Below, piece after piece: positions 48,201-58,363 of a DNA stretch of 64,000 bases. Within the stretch, counting starts at the first letter, position 1. The number at the start of each line of letters is the position of its first letter. Made by a program: the position numbers and the translations under genes. Below the pieces are notes generated by a model that ran no database searches, was not told the origin of the DNA, and saw only the letters and a list, made by a program, of their open reading frames with translations. Source of the stretch: Selaginella moellendorffii (taxonomy: Eukaryota > Plantae > Lycopodiophyta). The DNA is taken from NCBI RefSeq assembly GCF_000143415.4, contig NW_003314401.1:248741-312740 (forward strand). The letters are read 5' to 3'.

Positions 48201-48515
48201 GGCATGAAATAGAAAAGAGGATGATGGTGCCCTCAAGTAATGAACTTCCTAGGATAGGGAAGTGGAGTTGCACAATCTGTGCAATGCAAAGTGTTGGAGA
48301 CACCTAGGAAATTGACTTCCAAAAGTCAAAAGAGTAAAAGTTCCAAGGTGCAAACATTCAATAGATGGAAATTGAGACTACTTGAGAAGGAGTAGTGGGA
48401 TTGACTTAGAGAAGGGTCTCTAAGAGGTTTAGCGAGAACTAAACCAATAAAAGGAGAGAACCACTCCATGTGGTCCAATCAGTCTCTAAGTTGGAGAGAC
48501 TACCCTCTTTATAGG
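45277..48515 (+). mobile_element. Fragments of a long non-coding LTR-type repeat, inverted relative to the 48.5-53.4 kb copy
   Basis: 45277-45874 is the reverse complement of ~50215-50815; 46470-48515 is the reverse complement of ~50560-52235. Confidence 0.7.
45875..46461 (+). repeat. Near-identical duplicate of 40111-40701 (internal piece of the DNA transposon)
   Basis: Same sequence from TTTAAATGTTATCTCACAAG to GAGGTACAATGGATGAGGGAT; matching 72-aa ORFs at 40240 and 46003. Confidence 0.95.
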
Positions 48516-49503
48516 ATAGTGTAAGCGACTAAATTTTCCATTCTACTTTAGTCATTTAACCACACCTCTGACCACTTGGAGGAGTCTCATTCACAACCTC
48601 CATAAGTCCAACTCAGGACTTGGGGGCTTGCTAGCCCGGAGAATGGCATCCAAGCCGCTCAACCTTAGCACTTGGTCCAAGTGCTCCACGTGTCCGATCC
48701 CATGATCGACACCCCAAGGTACCACCAACGCATTGGCCCGTTACGCTAAGGCCATGCCCAATCACCTTTGCCACACTAGTAGTCCATTACCACTTGCATC
48801 ACAGTCTTGGCTCTCTAAGACTAGGCAAACCATCCGTGAGTGGTCATCTCAGATCCACTCCTTAGCATCCTTAGGATGCCCACCGACAAGGGGAATAGCC
48901 TTCCCCAATATCCCTCTGTCAGTCCCCACTAAGTCCCTTTCTGCCCCTGGCCGTGTTTGCCAACATTGCCACTGGATCGAGACCCACAGGCCCGACCACT
49001 AAGTCCCACGGTCCTCTGGGACTTCCTCACCACACGACTGTGTCCTTGGTCACTACCCTAGAGGACTGCTCCTCTTCCTTTTCACAGTCTGGGCCTTTGG
49101 GACAACATTTCGGAACACTGTGGCCTTACGCGAGCCATCTAGGTACTCTCCTCGCCTTCTGCCCTTGGGTGCTCTAGCCATGGGCTTAGAGCGGGTTCCG
49201 TTGAGCCACACCAGGTATCCAAGTAGGTAGTGCCACCCACACTTGGACTGGGAGCATCGGCCAGTCGATCTCCCGAGGGAAACTAGAGCCGGCTCTTGAA
49301 CACTTCACCAAGCTACCCCGCTTGTCGGTCTGTGTTCACTCTAGTCTTGGACTTCCCAGTGGGCAGCTCATCACCCAACACTGGGTCCGGCCTTTTTGGG
49401 CCAAACTGGCTCCACTGCAGTCCTCCCCCTACTATACTTTTGGAGCTCACCAAACCCCCCAGGGTCTGGGAGACGAACGCTTTGGGCTTTCACCCTCTCA
49501 GGC

Positions 49504-50122
49504 TTCGAACTCGGACTCGGACTCAGACTCGGACTCGAACTCGGATTCAGACTCGGACTCGGACTCGGCCTTGGCCTCGGTCTCGGTCTCGGCCTCGGTC
49601 TCGGTCTCGGTCCCGATCTCGGTCTCGGTCTCGGTCCCGGTCTCGGTCTTGGTCCCGGTCTCGACTTCGGACTCCATCTCGGGTCCATCTCGGACTCCAT
49701 CTCGGACTCCACCTCGGGTCCATCTCGGGTCCATCTCGGACTCCATCTCGGACTCCACTTCGGACTCCATATCGGACTCCACTTCGGATCCATCTCGGAC
49801 TCCACTTCGGGTCCATCTCGGACTCCAACTCGGGTCCTTCTCGGACTCCATCTTGGACTCCATCTCGGGTCCATCTCGGGTCCATCTCGGGTCCATCTCG
49901 GACTCCATCTCGGACTCCACTTCGGACTCCATATCGGGCTCCACTTCGGGTCCATCTCGGACTCCACTTCGGGTCCATCTCGGACTCCAACTCGGGTCCG
50001 CCTCGGACTCCATCTCGGACTCCATCTCGGACTCCATTTCGGACTCCACTTCAGGTCCATCTCGGACTCCACTTCGGGTCCATCTCGGACTCCAACTCGG
50101 GTCCGCCTCGGACTCCATCTTG
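49504..50122 (+). repeat. Minisatellite: CTCGGA/CTCGGT hexamers grading into 11-12 bp CTCGGACTCCAT/CTCGGGTCCAT units
   Basis: Direct reading; source of the low-complexity ORFs in all frames. Confidence 0.95.
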
Positions 50123-52728
50123 GACACTTCCATGTGTCATGTGTTGGTCCTTTCTGGGTCCCTTTTTGAAGCCTCGCTTATTGCTCTCTTTGTGCTTGTT
50201 CCTCGAGCACTTCGTTGGGAGTTCCACTCCCGCTCTCGACCTTTCAAGTCGGAGCTTTTAGTCCAAACGTGTTATGCTCGTTTGGTTTTCGCTTTGGCCA
50301 CCACCACGTGGCACCCTTCCAGCTCCACTTTGGGGCCTAGGGATTTTGTGTCTCACAACTCCACCACCCATAGACGAAGTTCGATGTCCTCATCGAACGG
50401 TAAACCATTTTGTAAAGTAACACTCGCATGTGTTACCATTTCCATCCTTGGCACCTAGCCAATATTTGTCAATGGTTTGACATTGAAGGCTCACTATGCC
50501 TTTTGCATATGCCTCAATGGTTTGACACCAAAGGCTCACCATGCCTTGCCTATCCTCTAAGGAGCATAGCCTCTTCAACTTAGAGGCTCATTTGACCACT
50601 TGTGGTGGTTCTCTCTTTCTATTGGTTTAGTTCTCACTAAACTTGTTAGAGACACCTTCTCTAACTCGATCCCACTACTCGTTCTCAAGTGGTCTCACTT
50701 TCCAACACTATAACCCTTGCACTTTGGAACTTTTAATTCTGACTTCTCAAAGTTAATTTCCTAGGTGTCTCCGACACCTTGTATTGCACATATTGTGCAA
50801 CTCCACTTCCTCATCCTAGGAAGTTCTCCACTTGAGGGCACCATCATCCTCTGTTCGATTTCATGCCACTTTTGGGCACTGAGTTCCAGTTATTATATTG
50901 TGTGCTAGGGCTGTCCATGGCCCTATCTTTTGGCTACTTTGCCGCTCCTTCACCATGAGCTTTTACTTTGCCAAATTGGAGCACTTAGGAATCCATCCTT
51001 GGAAGTCCACTTCCTTTCCCACAAGCCGTTAGCATCAAACACATTAGTGTTCCTTGGCTAACTTTGCCATTTGGATCCCTTCCATTAAATTCCATGGCCC
51101 AAACTTGGCCACTAGTCCTTTGCTCCTATCCGTTGATTGTTGCACCAAGCAACATCGAATCTCTACCTCCCTCCTTGAGGTATTGTTTCGGTTCCATAGC
51201 AAAGACTCTTCTTTGCCAAGTCCGGAGGATGTTCACCCCTAGTACGTCTCTTTAGCATCTTCTGCTATGGGCTCTATCCACGGCCCAACTTCATGACCCT
51301 CCCATGGGTCTTTTATAGAGACTACTTTCCTCGGACTCACTATGCCATCGCACGGACATAGTTTATTTCCCTTAGGTGCTCTTCCCACTTGGTCATCAGG
51401 ACCAAGCCACACCACCTTAAACAGTTCAATTTCAACATTTTGAACCAGGAACTTCATTCCTTAGCCAACCAAGGACCTTGTCCTTATCTGGCCATAAGAT
51501 CACCTAGTGATCTCACCTCGGCACCTTAACAGGTTTGCTAATAGGTACTAGGTCTTCCAGACCTTTAATTTGTTACCTATGACCCCGGGGGCAACCCCCA
51601 CACTTGGCGGTGCGCCCAAGCCAGCCCTTCTGGCCAAGGGTCCATAGCAACTGAGATTAGGTGTCCCCATCTCACTCACCACGTCCTTGGTGCCACTTGC
51701 ACCAAAGCGTTCAAGTTAGATATGCCGAGCTTTCACTCTAAGCAGTCTAACCGTGCATCACGACTTCGAGGCATCCCTCGCTTGGCGGTGTGCCCAAACC
51801 AGTCTCCCCACTGAGAGTCCATGACCACCGAAATATGAGTGTCCTCATATTCCAAACCATCACCATGCCCTAGTGATTTGGGACTCGAACCCAAGCACTA
51901 GAGGGTCGGGACTCGAACCCAACCTCCGTATATGCATCTAAGCAAGCTTCAAGACCACGCTTCTGCTGCGCCACTCTGATTTCGCGCGTTCCTTGAACCA
52001 TTTACGCTTGGCCTTTCTAGGTACTAAGCTACCTAGAATTGTCTTTGAGAACCTTGAAGGAACTCTGTCCCTTAGCTTGCTAAGGCCTCCCTTTTTGCAA
52101 GCTTTCCAATTACCATATAGTCTAACATGGACAATTCCATGTTTTAGACTCTCCATGGCATCACGGTTGCTAGTGGCAACACCCTCGAGCCCCCACTTGA
52201 TTCTCCACTCCCAGCTGGCATAACCAACCTTGGTTATGCCCTTCGATTCCTATGGTTCGGTTCTATCCCCTTACTTCTTGCTTTTGGCTTCGCACCTTTC
52301 CTTCGGTCATTCTCCTCCAGACTAGGAGGATAGCTTTGCACTTTCTATCATGCCTTAGCAAAGATTCCTAGGGATGAACCAACCCAATAGCCCAGGGAGT
52401 GGTTCCTCAATCCGGGTATGCTCACCTTGTAACCCCACACACTGGGATTACATTGTTGCTTATGGGCCTTTACATGCCCATCACTAGCCTTGCCAAAGTT
52501 CTATTTTTGGCTTTGTCCAACTCGGGCAGACAGTCTTTTCCTGTCTCCGCAACCTTGGACATTTGGATAGCACCTTCTCTCCATCATTAGACTTAGTCCC
52601 TTGGGCCTTATCCATTGCCCTCGCGACATCAAACACCACCTTCTGGTGTTCTAGAGTGTTCGGGTGTCCTAATGATAGCTTTCTTGACAATGAGTATTTC
52701 CTTTTATGACATTGACTTACTATATCGC

Positions 52729-53265
52729 TAAACATATATGTACATTACCCCAATCCCAAAGGGATCAAAACAACATTGAGAGCGCACTCTCGAAGAAACT
52801 AGTGAAACTATGAGCACGAACGCCCGGCGCTGCTCTTGGGCCGTCCGCCTCCCAGGTGACTCCACCGCGGAGCTTGAAGCCACCTGCTTCGCCTTGCCAC
52901 TCCTCCACTCGGTCACAATGATGTCAGGCCAGACGAACACCATGTCGATCTAGCTCGACGTCGTCGCAGCCAAGCGGTCCAACTCGAGCACGATGACCCG
53001 GCGTCGCTCATGGGTCACTCGCCTCCAAGGTGACTCCACTGCACAAGCTGAAGCCACCTGTTACGCCCCAAGACGTGATGCTGTGTCTTGGAGCGCCTAC
53101 CTCCCCAGTGTACTTCCAACACTAAGTCGGTGCCCATTGCGAACAAACTCCAAGGCGTAGAACAAGCGAGGTGTGAGCCTCCTCCAGCTCTAGACTAGAG
53201 CGTGCTACCTTGCCTCCCACACTAGACAAGTGCGCTGGCCCCCTTCAATGATATACGAGCCCCCG
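52729..53265 (-). mobile_element. 5'-truncated non-autonomous repeat ('unit A') with 17-bp TSD
   Basis: TTGACTTACTATATCGC at 52712-52728 and 53266-53282. Confidence 0.88.
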
Positions 53266-53364
53266 TTGACTTACTATATCGCAACACAAGCAACTTATCC
53301 CCCGTAAGGGTGTATCCGACTTCCCTATGCTATTAAGAAGTCTTGGGTAGCTACCTTCTACCCG

Positions 53365-53469
53365 TTTAGGGTTTAGGGTTTAGGGTTTTAGGGTTTAGGG
53401 TTTAGGTTTAGGGTTTAGGGTTTAGGGTTTAGGCGCGTTTAGGGTTTAGGCGCGTTTAGGCGTTTAGGG
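53365..53469 (+). repeat. Telomeric (TTTAGGG)n tract ending in variant units TTTAGGCGCG/TTTAGGCG
   Basis: Direct reading. Confidence 0.97.
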
Positions 53470-54698
53470 TCAAAGACACCCCGTGGTGTTGCAATCCGGC
53501 GAGATCGCTAAACATATATGTACATTACCCCAATCCCAAAGGGATGAAAACAACATTGAGAGCGCACTCTCGAAGAAACTAGTGAAACTATGAGCACGAA
53601 CGCCCGGCGCTGCTCTTGGGCCGTCCGCCTCCCAGGTGACTCCACCGCGGAGCTTGAAGCCACCTGCTTCACCTTGCCACTCCTCCACTCGGTCGCAATG
53701 ATGTCAGGCCAGACGAACACCATGTCGATCTAGCTCGACATCGTCGCAGCCAAGCGGTCCAACTCGAGCACGATGACCCGGCGTCGCTCATGGGTCACTC
53801 GCCTCCAAGGTGACTCCACTGCACAAGCTGAAGCCACCTGTTAGCAATCCGGCGAGATCGCTAAACATATATGTACATTACCCCAATCCCAAAGGGATCA
53901 AAACTACATTGAGAGCGCACTCTCGAAGAAACTAGTGAAACTATGAGCGCGAACGCCCGGCGCTGCTCTTGGGCCGTCCGCCTCCCAGGTGACTCCACCG
54001 CGGAGCTTGAAGCCACCTGCTTTGCCTCGCCACTCCTCCACTCGATCACAATGATGCCAAGCCAGACGAACACCATGTCGATCTAGCTCGACGTCGTCGC
54101 AGCCAAGCGGTCCAACTCGAGCACGATGACCCAGCGTCGCTCATGGGTCACTCGCCTCCAAGGTGACTCCACTGCACAAGCTGAAGCCACCTGTTACGCC
54201 CCAAGACGTGATGCTGTGTCTTGGAGCGCCTACCTCCCCAGTGTACTTCCAGCACTAAGTCAGTGCCCATTGCGAACAGACTCCAAGGCGTAGAACAAGC
54301 AAGGTGTGAGCCTCCTCCAGCTTTAGACTAAAGCGTGCTACCTTGCCTCCCACACTAGACAAGTGCGCTGGCCCCCTTCAATGATATACGAGCCCCCGTT
54401 GCCGGCATCACGACAATCACAAGACTTGCAAGCCTCCGCAAACCTCCTCAAAGGACTAGCCCTGAAGCAAGAACCATGTGGGATTCCCTCCGCGAGCAAA
54501 CCAACTCGGCCATCCGCCACTGGCCCCCTTTGTGACAGCACTTCCCTGTCACTAGATCCAAAAATGCACCCATAGTGTCTTCCACGTCCATCCACCACGG
54601 ACACTTCGCTATGTCGGGATGTCGTCCCGAACTGTCCTCCACCAGTCAACAAAGTTCCCATGACTTGGTCGTGTTTCCACGACTCAAGTCGCCAAGAA
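53470..54698 (-). mobile_element. Two tandem unit A copies (53470-53843, 53845-54698); the second is fused to LINE ORF2
   Basis: Near identity with 52729-53265, 58364-59217 and 63191-63580. Confidence 0.88.
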
Positions 54699-57364
54699 TC
54701 GATTACTCCAAGTCCTCCCAAGACTCGCGGACATGCTGTAGATTGCCACGCGACCTTGGCCATGCTCCTCCCTGTGACCAGAGCGCCCCGCCACAAATAC
54801 TGACGGACCATCGTGCGTACCTTTCTAAGAGTGCGTTCTGGAACAGGCCAGATGGAGAGGTGGTACCAGATGCCAAGCAGAATGATGCTCCTAGCGACTA
54901 CCACTCTCGCTGGCAAGCCGAGTTTCCGGGGAGCCCACTTCTGGATTGACGTTCGTACCCGTCGGAGCAAGGTGTCATCCTGAAGTGCTGCACTGAACCG
55001 AGTACCAACCTGGATCCCCAGGTACCTAGCGTCTTCTCCTGGTTTGAGCCACTGGAAGCCAATGTCCTGCCCCCAAGATTCGATGCCTGGTCGCCCCCAA
55101 TTTATGCCCACTGATTTGTTCCAGTTAATTGCTGCACCAGCCGCGAGGTTGAACGTCTCCAGCGCCTTCTTAGCTGCATCCATGTTCTCCTTAGTCGCAA
55201 GTAGGAACAAGGCAGTGTCGTCCGCAAAAGCACCATCAAGGAGTTCCCGAGACACCCTTGTGGTTCCCGGAAGTTGCTGTCTCGCAGCCGGCAGTGTGAG
55301 TCCTTTAATGCGTCCGCCTTCCGCTAGAAACGTGCCCAGGGCCTCAGCCACAATCAGAAAAAGATAGGGTGCTAGTGGACACCCTTGGCGTACTGAACGT
55401 CCCAGCTGGAAACTCGGTCCCGTCTCGCCATTGATTGTGACTCTGCTTGTGGCTCCTCGGTACAGTAACGAGATCCTAGTGACCATCTCTCTCGGGATGC
55501 CGATCGTGTTCATGCACTCCTCTAGGAACCTCCAGTCCACCCGATCGTAGGCCTTCTCGAAGTCCAAAAGCCATGCTGCAGTTTGTTGGTTAGAGATCTC
55601 TGCCCATCTCTGAGCCAGCAGGTACGTCCAGATGTTTTCTGCGATTTGCCGCCCTGGAACAAACCCTGTCTGCTGCTCCCGGATGATCAGCGGCATGACA
55701 GCTTGGAGCTTGAGGGTCATTGCTTTGGCATAGACCTTGTAGGACGTGTTGAGCATGGTGATTGGCCTCCAATTCTTCAGCTCCTGCAGGTCCCCCCTCT
55801 TTGGAATAAGCGCAATCTGGCCCTCAAGGATCTCGCGAGGCAAGGTCCCATCACGTTGAGCATCCCACCATGCTTGTAGCAGCAGCGGGCCTATGGTCTC
55901 CCAGTGCTCCTCGAAGAAAATGGGCAAGAGGCCATCGATACCTGGCTGCTTGTCGTTGCTGAGCTTCCTGAGCGCTTCCCGAAGCTCCTCCAGTGTGAAG
56001 TCCGTCTTCAGTGAGTCGTGCCACTCATGGGGGACTCGCTGGGGAAGGGACGCAAGCACTTCCACCGCCGCCCTTTCCCTCTCTGGAGTCCACTGCTGGG
56101 CCGTATATAGAAGTTGGTAAAACTCCTGGGCGAGCTGTTGCATCCCCTGTTGGTCCTCGATGACTCGCCCGTCACTGTGCTTCAGTCCTAGAATGGGAGG
56201 AGAGTCCGTCACTGGCCTGATTCCCCTAAAGAAAGCCTTGTTGAGAAGGCGTTCATTCAGGGCCCATCCATCTTCCATGGCCCGGACGCCCTTGCTCCAT
56301 GCAGCGTACTCCATGTCACGTAGCTCGGCTTCACGTTCATCCAGTATTGTTTGCCACTTGAACTCATCTTGCGTGTTCAGCAACATCCTGTGTGCTGCTG
56401 CGACCTTCTTCCTGGCCAGTCTAAGGTCCTTCATCACCACCCCTTTGAGATCCTTCTGGCGCGCCCGGAGCTTCTGTGAGCAAGACAAGAGCACAGGGAT
56501 CAGTCCCAGCTTGTTCTGCGCAAGAGCGTCGTGTATAAGCCCAATTGCCACCGGGTCTCGCAGCGTGGCTCTAGTGATTGATCGCTGGACCGCTGTCCCT
56601 TTGTCCCTTTGGAGCTGGATCACGCATCTGAGGGGGTCGTGATCTGAGAAGGAGGCAAATCCCAGCCACGTTTTTAGGCTTCCCCCATCCTGCCGTATGC
56701 GAGACGAGGCGTAAATCCGGTCCAGTCTCGACTGGGAGGATACTGTCTGTCGCCTTGTAAAAGGGTGAGCATGAGGTGCGAATCCCGCAGCATGCTGAAG
56801 GTCCATGAGCCCCAGTATGTCCATGAGCTGACTCCACTGCTTCTGTTCACGTGGCTGAATTGTTTCCTGCATACCCCTGCGATCACAGACGTCCTCGACC
56901 ATGTTGAAATCTCCCAGGACCAGCCATTCATCTGCTTGCCCCTGGGCAGACTGTAACACACTCAGCCAGAATTCTGCACGTCTCCCTTTCTTCGTTGGTG
57001 CATAGACGTTGATTATCCCCACCCGTCCAAAGTGGAGGTGAAGGACAAGCAATTGAGCCTTTCCTGGGACGAGAACAAGGTGGTTTCGTACCTGAGCAGA
57101 CCATTTGGTGGAGACTACCACTGCTGTGCCCCCTCCTGGTCTGGCCACTGCTTGCGTGGCCGGGTTCCACCAGAGCCGTCCCCTCATTCCAAAGGTGTAG
57201 TCTGGGGCCACAGTCATTTTGTGCTCTTGCAAGCATAGGATGTCGATATCACCTTCTAAGCTGATCTCCCGGATGTGGGACTTGAGCTGCGCCCTTTTGT
57301 TGAGTCGACTGCCGGTCCAGCTGAGTCCCCGGCAGTTCCAGGTGACGAGCGTGAGAGTTGTCAT
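54338..57364 (-). CDS. L1/Tx1-like LINE ORF2 (APE endonuclease + RT) with chimeric C-terminus
   Basis: VTWNCRGL, LCLQEH, NVYAP, LGDFN, SRLDRIY, SDHDP; WRPITMLN, LDFEKAYDRV, VRQGCPLAP, FADD. Confidence 0.95.
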   Translation of the reverse strand: MTTLTLVTWNCRGLSWTGSRLNKRAQLKSHIREISLEGDIDILCLQEHKMTVAPDYTFGMRGRLWWNPATQAVARPGGGTAVVVSTKWSAQVRNHLVLVPGKAQLLVLHLHFGRVGIINVYAPTKKGRRAEFWLSVLQSAQGQADEWLVLGDFNMVEDVCDRRGMQETIQPREQKQWSQLMDILGLMDLQHAAGFAPHAHPFTRRQTVSSQSRLDRIYASSRIRQDGGSLKTWLGFASFSDHDPLRCVIQLQRDKGTAVQRSITRATLRDPVAIGLIHDALAQNKLGLIPVLLSCSQKLRARQKDLKGVVMKDLRLARKKVAAAHRMLLNTQDEFKWQTILDEREAELRDMEYAAWSKGVRAMEDGWALNERLLNKAFFRGIRPVTDSPPILGLKHSDGRVIEDQQGMQQLAQEFYQLLYTAQQWTPERERAAVEVLASLPQRVPHEWHDSLKTDFTLEELREALRKLSNDKQPGIDGLLPIFFEEHWETIGPLLLQAWWDAQRDGTLPREILEGQIALIPKRGDLQELKNWRPITMLNTSYKVYAKAMTLKLQAVMPLIIREQQTGFVPGRQIAENIWTYLLAQRWAEISNQQTAAWLLDFEKAYDRVDWRFLEECMNTIGIPREMVTRISLLYRGATSRVTINGETGPSFQLGRSVRQGCPLAPYLFLIVAEALGTFLAEGGRIKGLTLPAARQQLPGTTRVSRELLDGAFADDTALFLLATKENMDAAKKALETFNLAAGAAINWNKSVGINWGRPGIESWGQDIGFQWLKPGEDARYLGIQVGTRFSAALQDDTLLRRVRTSIQKWAPRKLGLPARVVVARSIILLGIWYHLSIWPVPERTLRKVRTMVRQYLWRGALVTGRSMAKVAWQSTACPRVLGGLGVIDSWRLESWKHDQVMGTLLTGGGQFGTTSRHSEVSVVDGRGRHYGCIFGSSDREVLSQRGPVADGRVGLLAEGIPHGSCFRASPLRRFAEACKSCDCRDAGNGGSYIIEGGQRTCLVWEAR

Positions 57365-57672
57365 GGAGCCACGTACTTCCAAGAAAGTGAGGAGTTACGG
57401 GGTCTCGCCCTCCATTCTGTGGAGATGGTCCACACCGCAGTCATCTTCCCCCTGTGCTTCGTCCAGGAGAAGCCTCGGACAGTGTACTTCGCAAAGCCCG
57501 TCCACTCAGTGATAGCACTCTCCATGCGTGTGTGGTAGTCTCCAATAGTGACAACCTCTGGGAAGGCTGTGTTCCCGCGGCACATCAGCCAGTCTCCCGC
57601 CTCTGTGGGACTTAATTCCCGCTTAGGGGGAATCCACCTGACCGCCATTCCTACTGTTCGAGGGAGGACCAG
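57361..57672 (-). CDS. C-terminal remnant of LINE ORF1, 5'-truncated at a telomere tract
   Basis: Open frame whose TGA overlaps the ORF2 ATG (ATGA at 57364-57361). Confidence 0.55.
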   Translation of the reverse strand: MVLPRTVGMAVRWIPPKRELSPTEAGDWLMCRGNTAFPEVVTIGDYHTRMESAITEWTGFAKYTVRGFSWTKHRGKMTAVWTISTEWRARPRNSSLSWKYVAP

Positions 57673-57692
57673 TTTAGGGTTTAGGGTTTAGG
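57673..57692 (+). repeat. Telomeric tract capping the LINE 5' end
   Basis: TTTAGGGTTTAGGGTTTAGG. Confidence 0.95.
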
Positions 57693-57910
57693 AGGTGGAG
57701 GAGGCGGCGGCGGCGCGCGGCGAATTGGGAGCTCTTCCAGAACCACTTGGCGTAGAGGTGGAGCGAGAGGATGAAGAGGATGACCGAGAAGAGGACGACA
57801 ATGGCGGCAATCATGATCTTGATGTTCACCTGGTAGGGATTGGAGTCGCTGCTGCTGGCGATGGCGCTGGAGCTGCTGCCGCTGGGATCCATTGGCGATT
57901 CAACGCCCAT
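57693..57910 (-). pseudogene. 5' fragment of an ATL-type RING-H2 E3 ligase gene, broken at telomere repeats
   Basis: KIMIAAIVVLFSVILFILSLHLYAKWFW...RRRR matches the ATL N-terminal TM + basic region; no RING domain. Confidence 0.75.
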
Positions 57911-58246
57911 TTCTCTCTCCCTCTCGATCGATCGACCGCCAAATGGGAGAAATGGAAGAATGAGAGGGATTGGGAGAAAGGAGTCGACCTAAAATGTCAC
58001 GACACAGAGCATTGGGCCAAAATTGTCAACTGGCATTTCCAAGGTCTCTCTCTCGTCCAAGTGTGTTGATTTCTTCGTCGCGGTGACGGGCGGCCCTTCC
58101 AATGGCCGGCTCGTCTCGCCTATCTCGCCCGTCGCGCCATCCACCTGACGGGCCCCGACGAGTCAACATTTCACCGTACGCGCGTGGTTCCCCTGGTGGC
58201 CCGGTGGAAAGAGCGCTGGGGTCTTAAAGTGCCACCGAATCGGCGG

Positions 58247-58346
58247 NNNNNNNNNNNNNNNNNNNNNNNNNNNNNNNNNNNNNNNNNNNNNNNNNNNNNN
58301 NNNNNNNNNNNNNNNNNNNNNNNNNNNNNNNNNNNNNNNNNNNNNN
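58247..58346. other. Assembly gap (100 N)
   Basis: Run of N. Confidence 1.
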
Positions 58347-58363
58347 CCCTAAACCCTAAACCC

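Larger units (their letters stand above)
48520..53364. mobile_element. Long LTR-type repeat starting TGTAAGCG, cut off by telomere repeats
   Basis: TG start at the point where homology to the left copy ends; non-coding; contains a minisatellite. Confidence 0.55.

Noticed and set aside
49296-50458. Long ORFs in several frames (RS-, SD-, GL-rich)
   Set aside because: By-products of a stop-free minisatellite
48520-52711. Solo LTR with TG...CA ends
   Set aside because: No matching TSD, and the sequence continues past 52711 once the unit A insert is removed
53483-53510. Terminal module as tRNA-derived (reads ...CAACACCA on the minus strand)
   Set aside because: No T-arm, and the second copy at 62440 lacks the CCA
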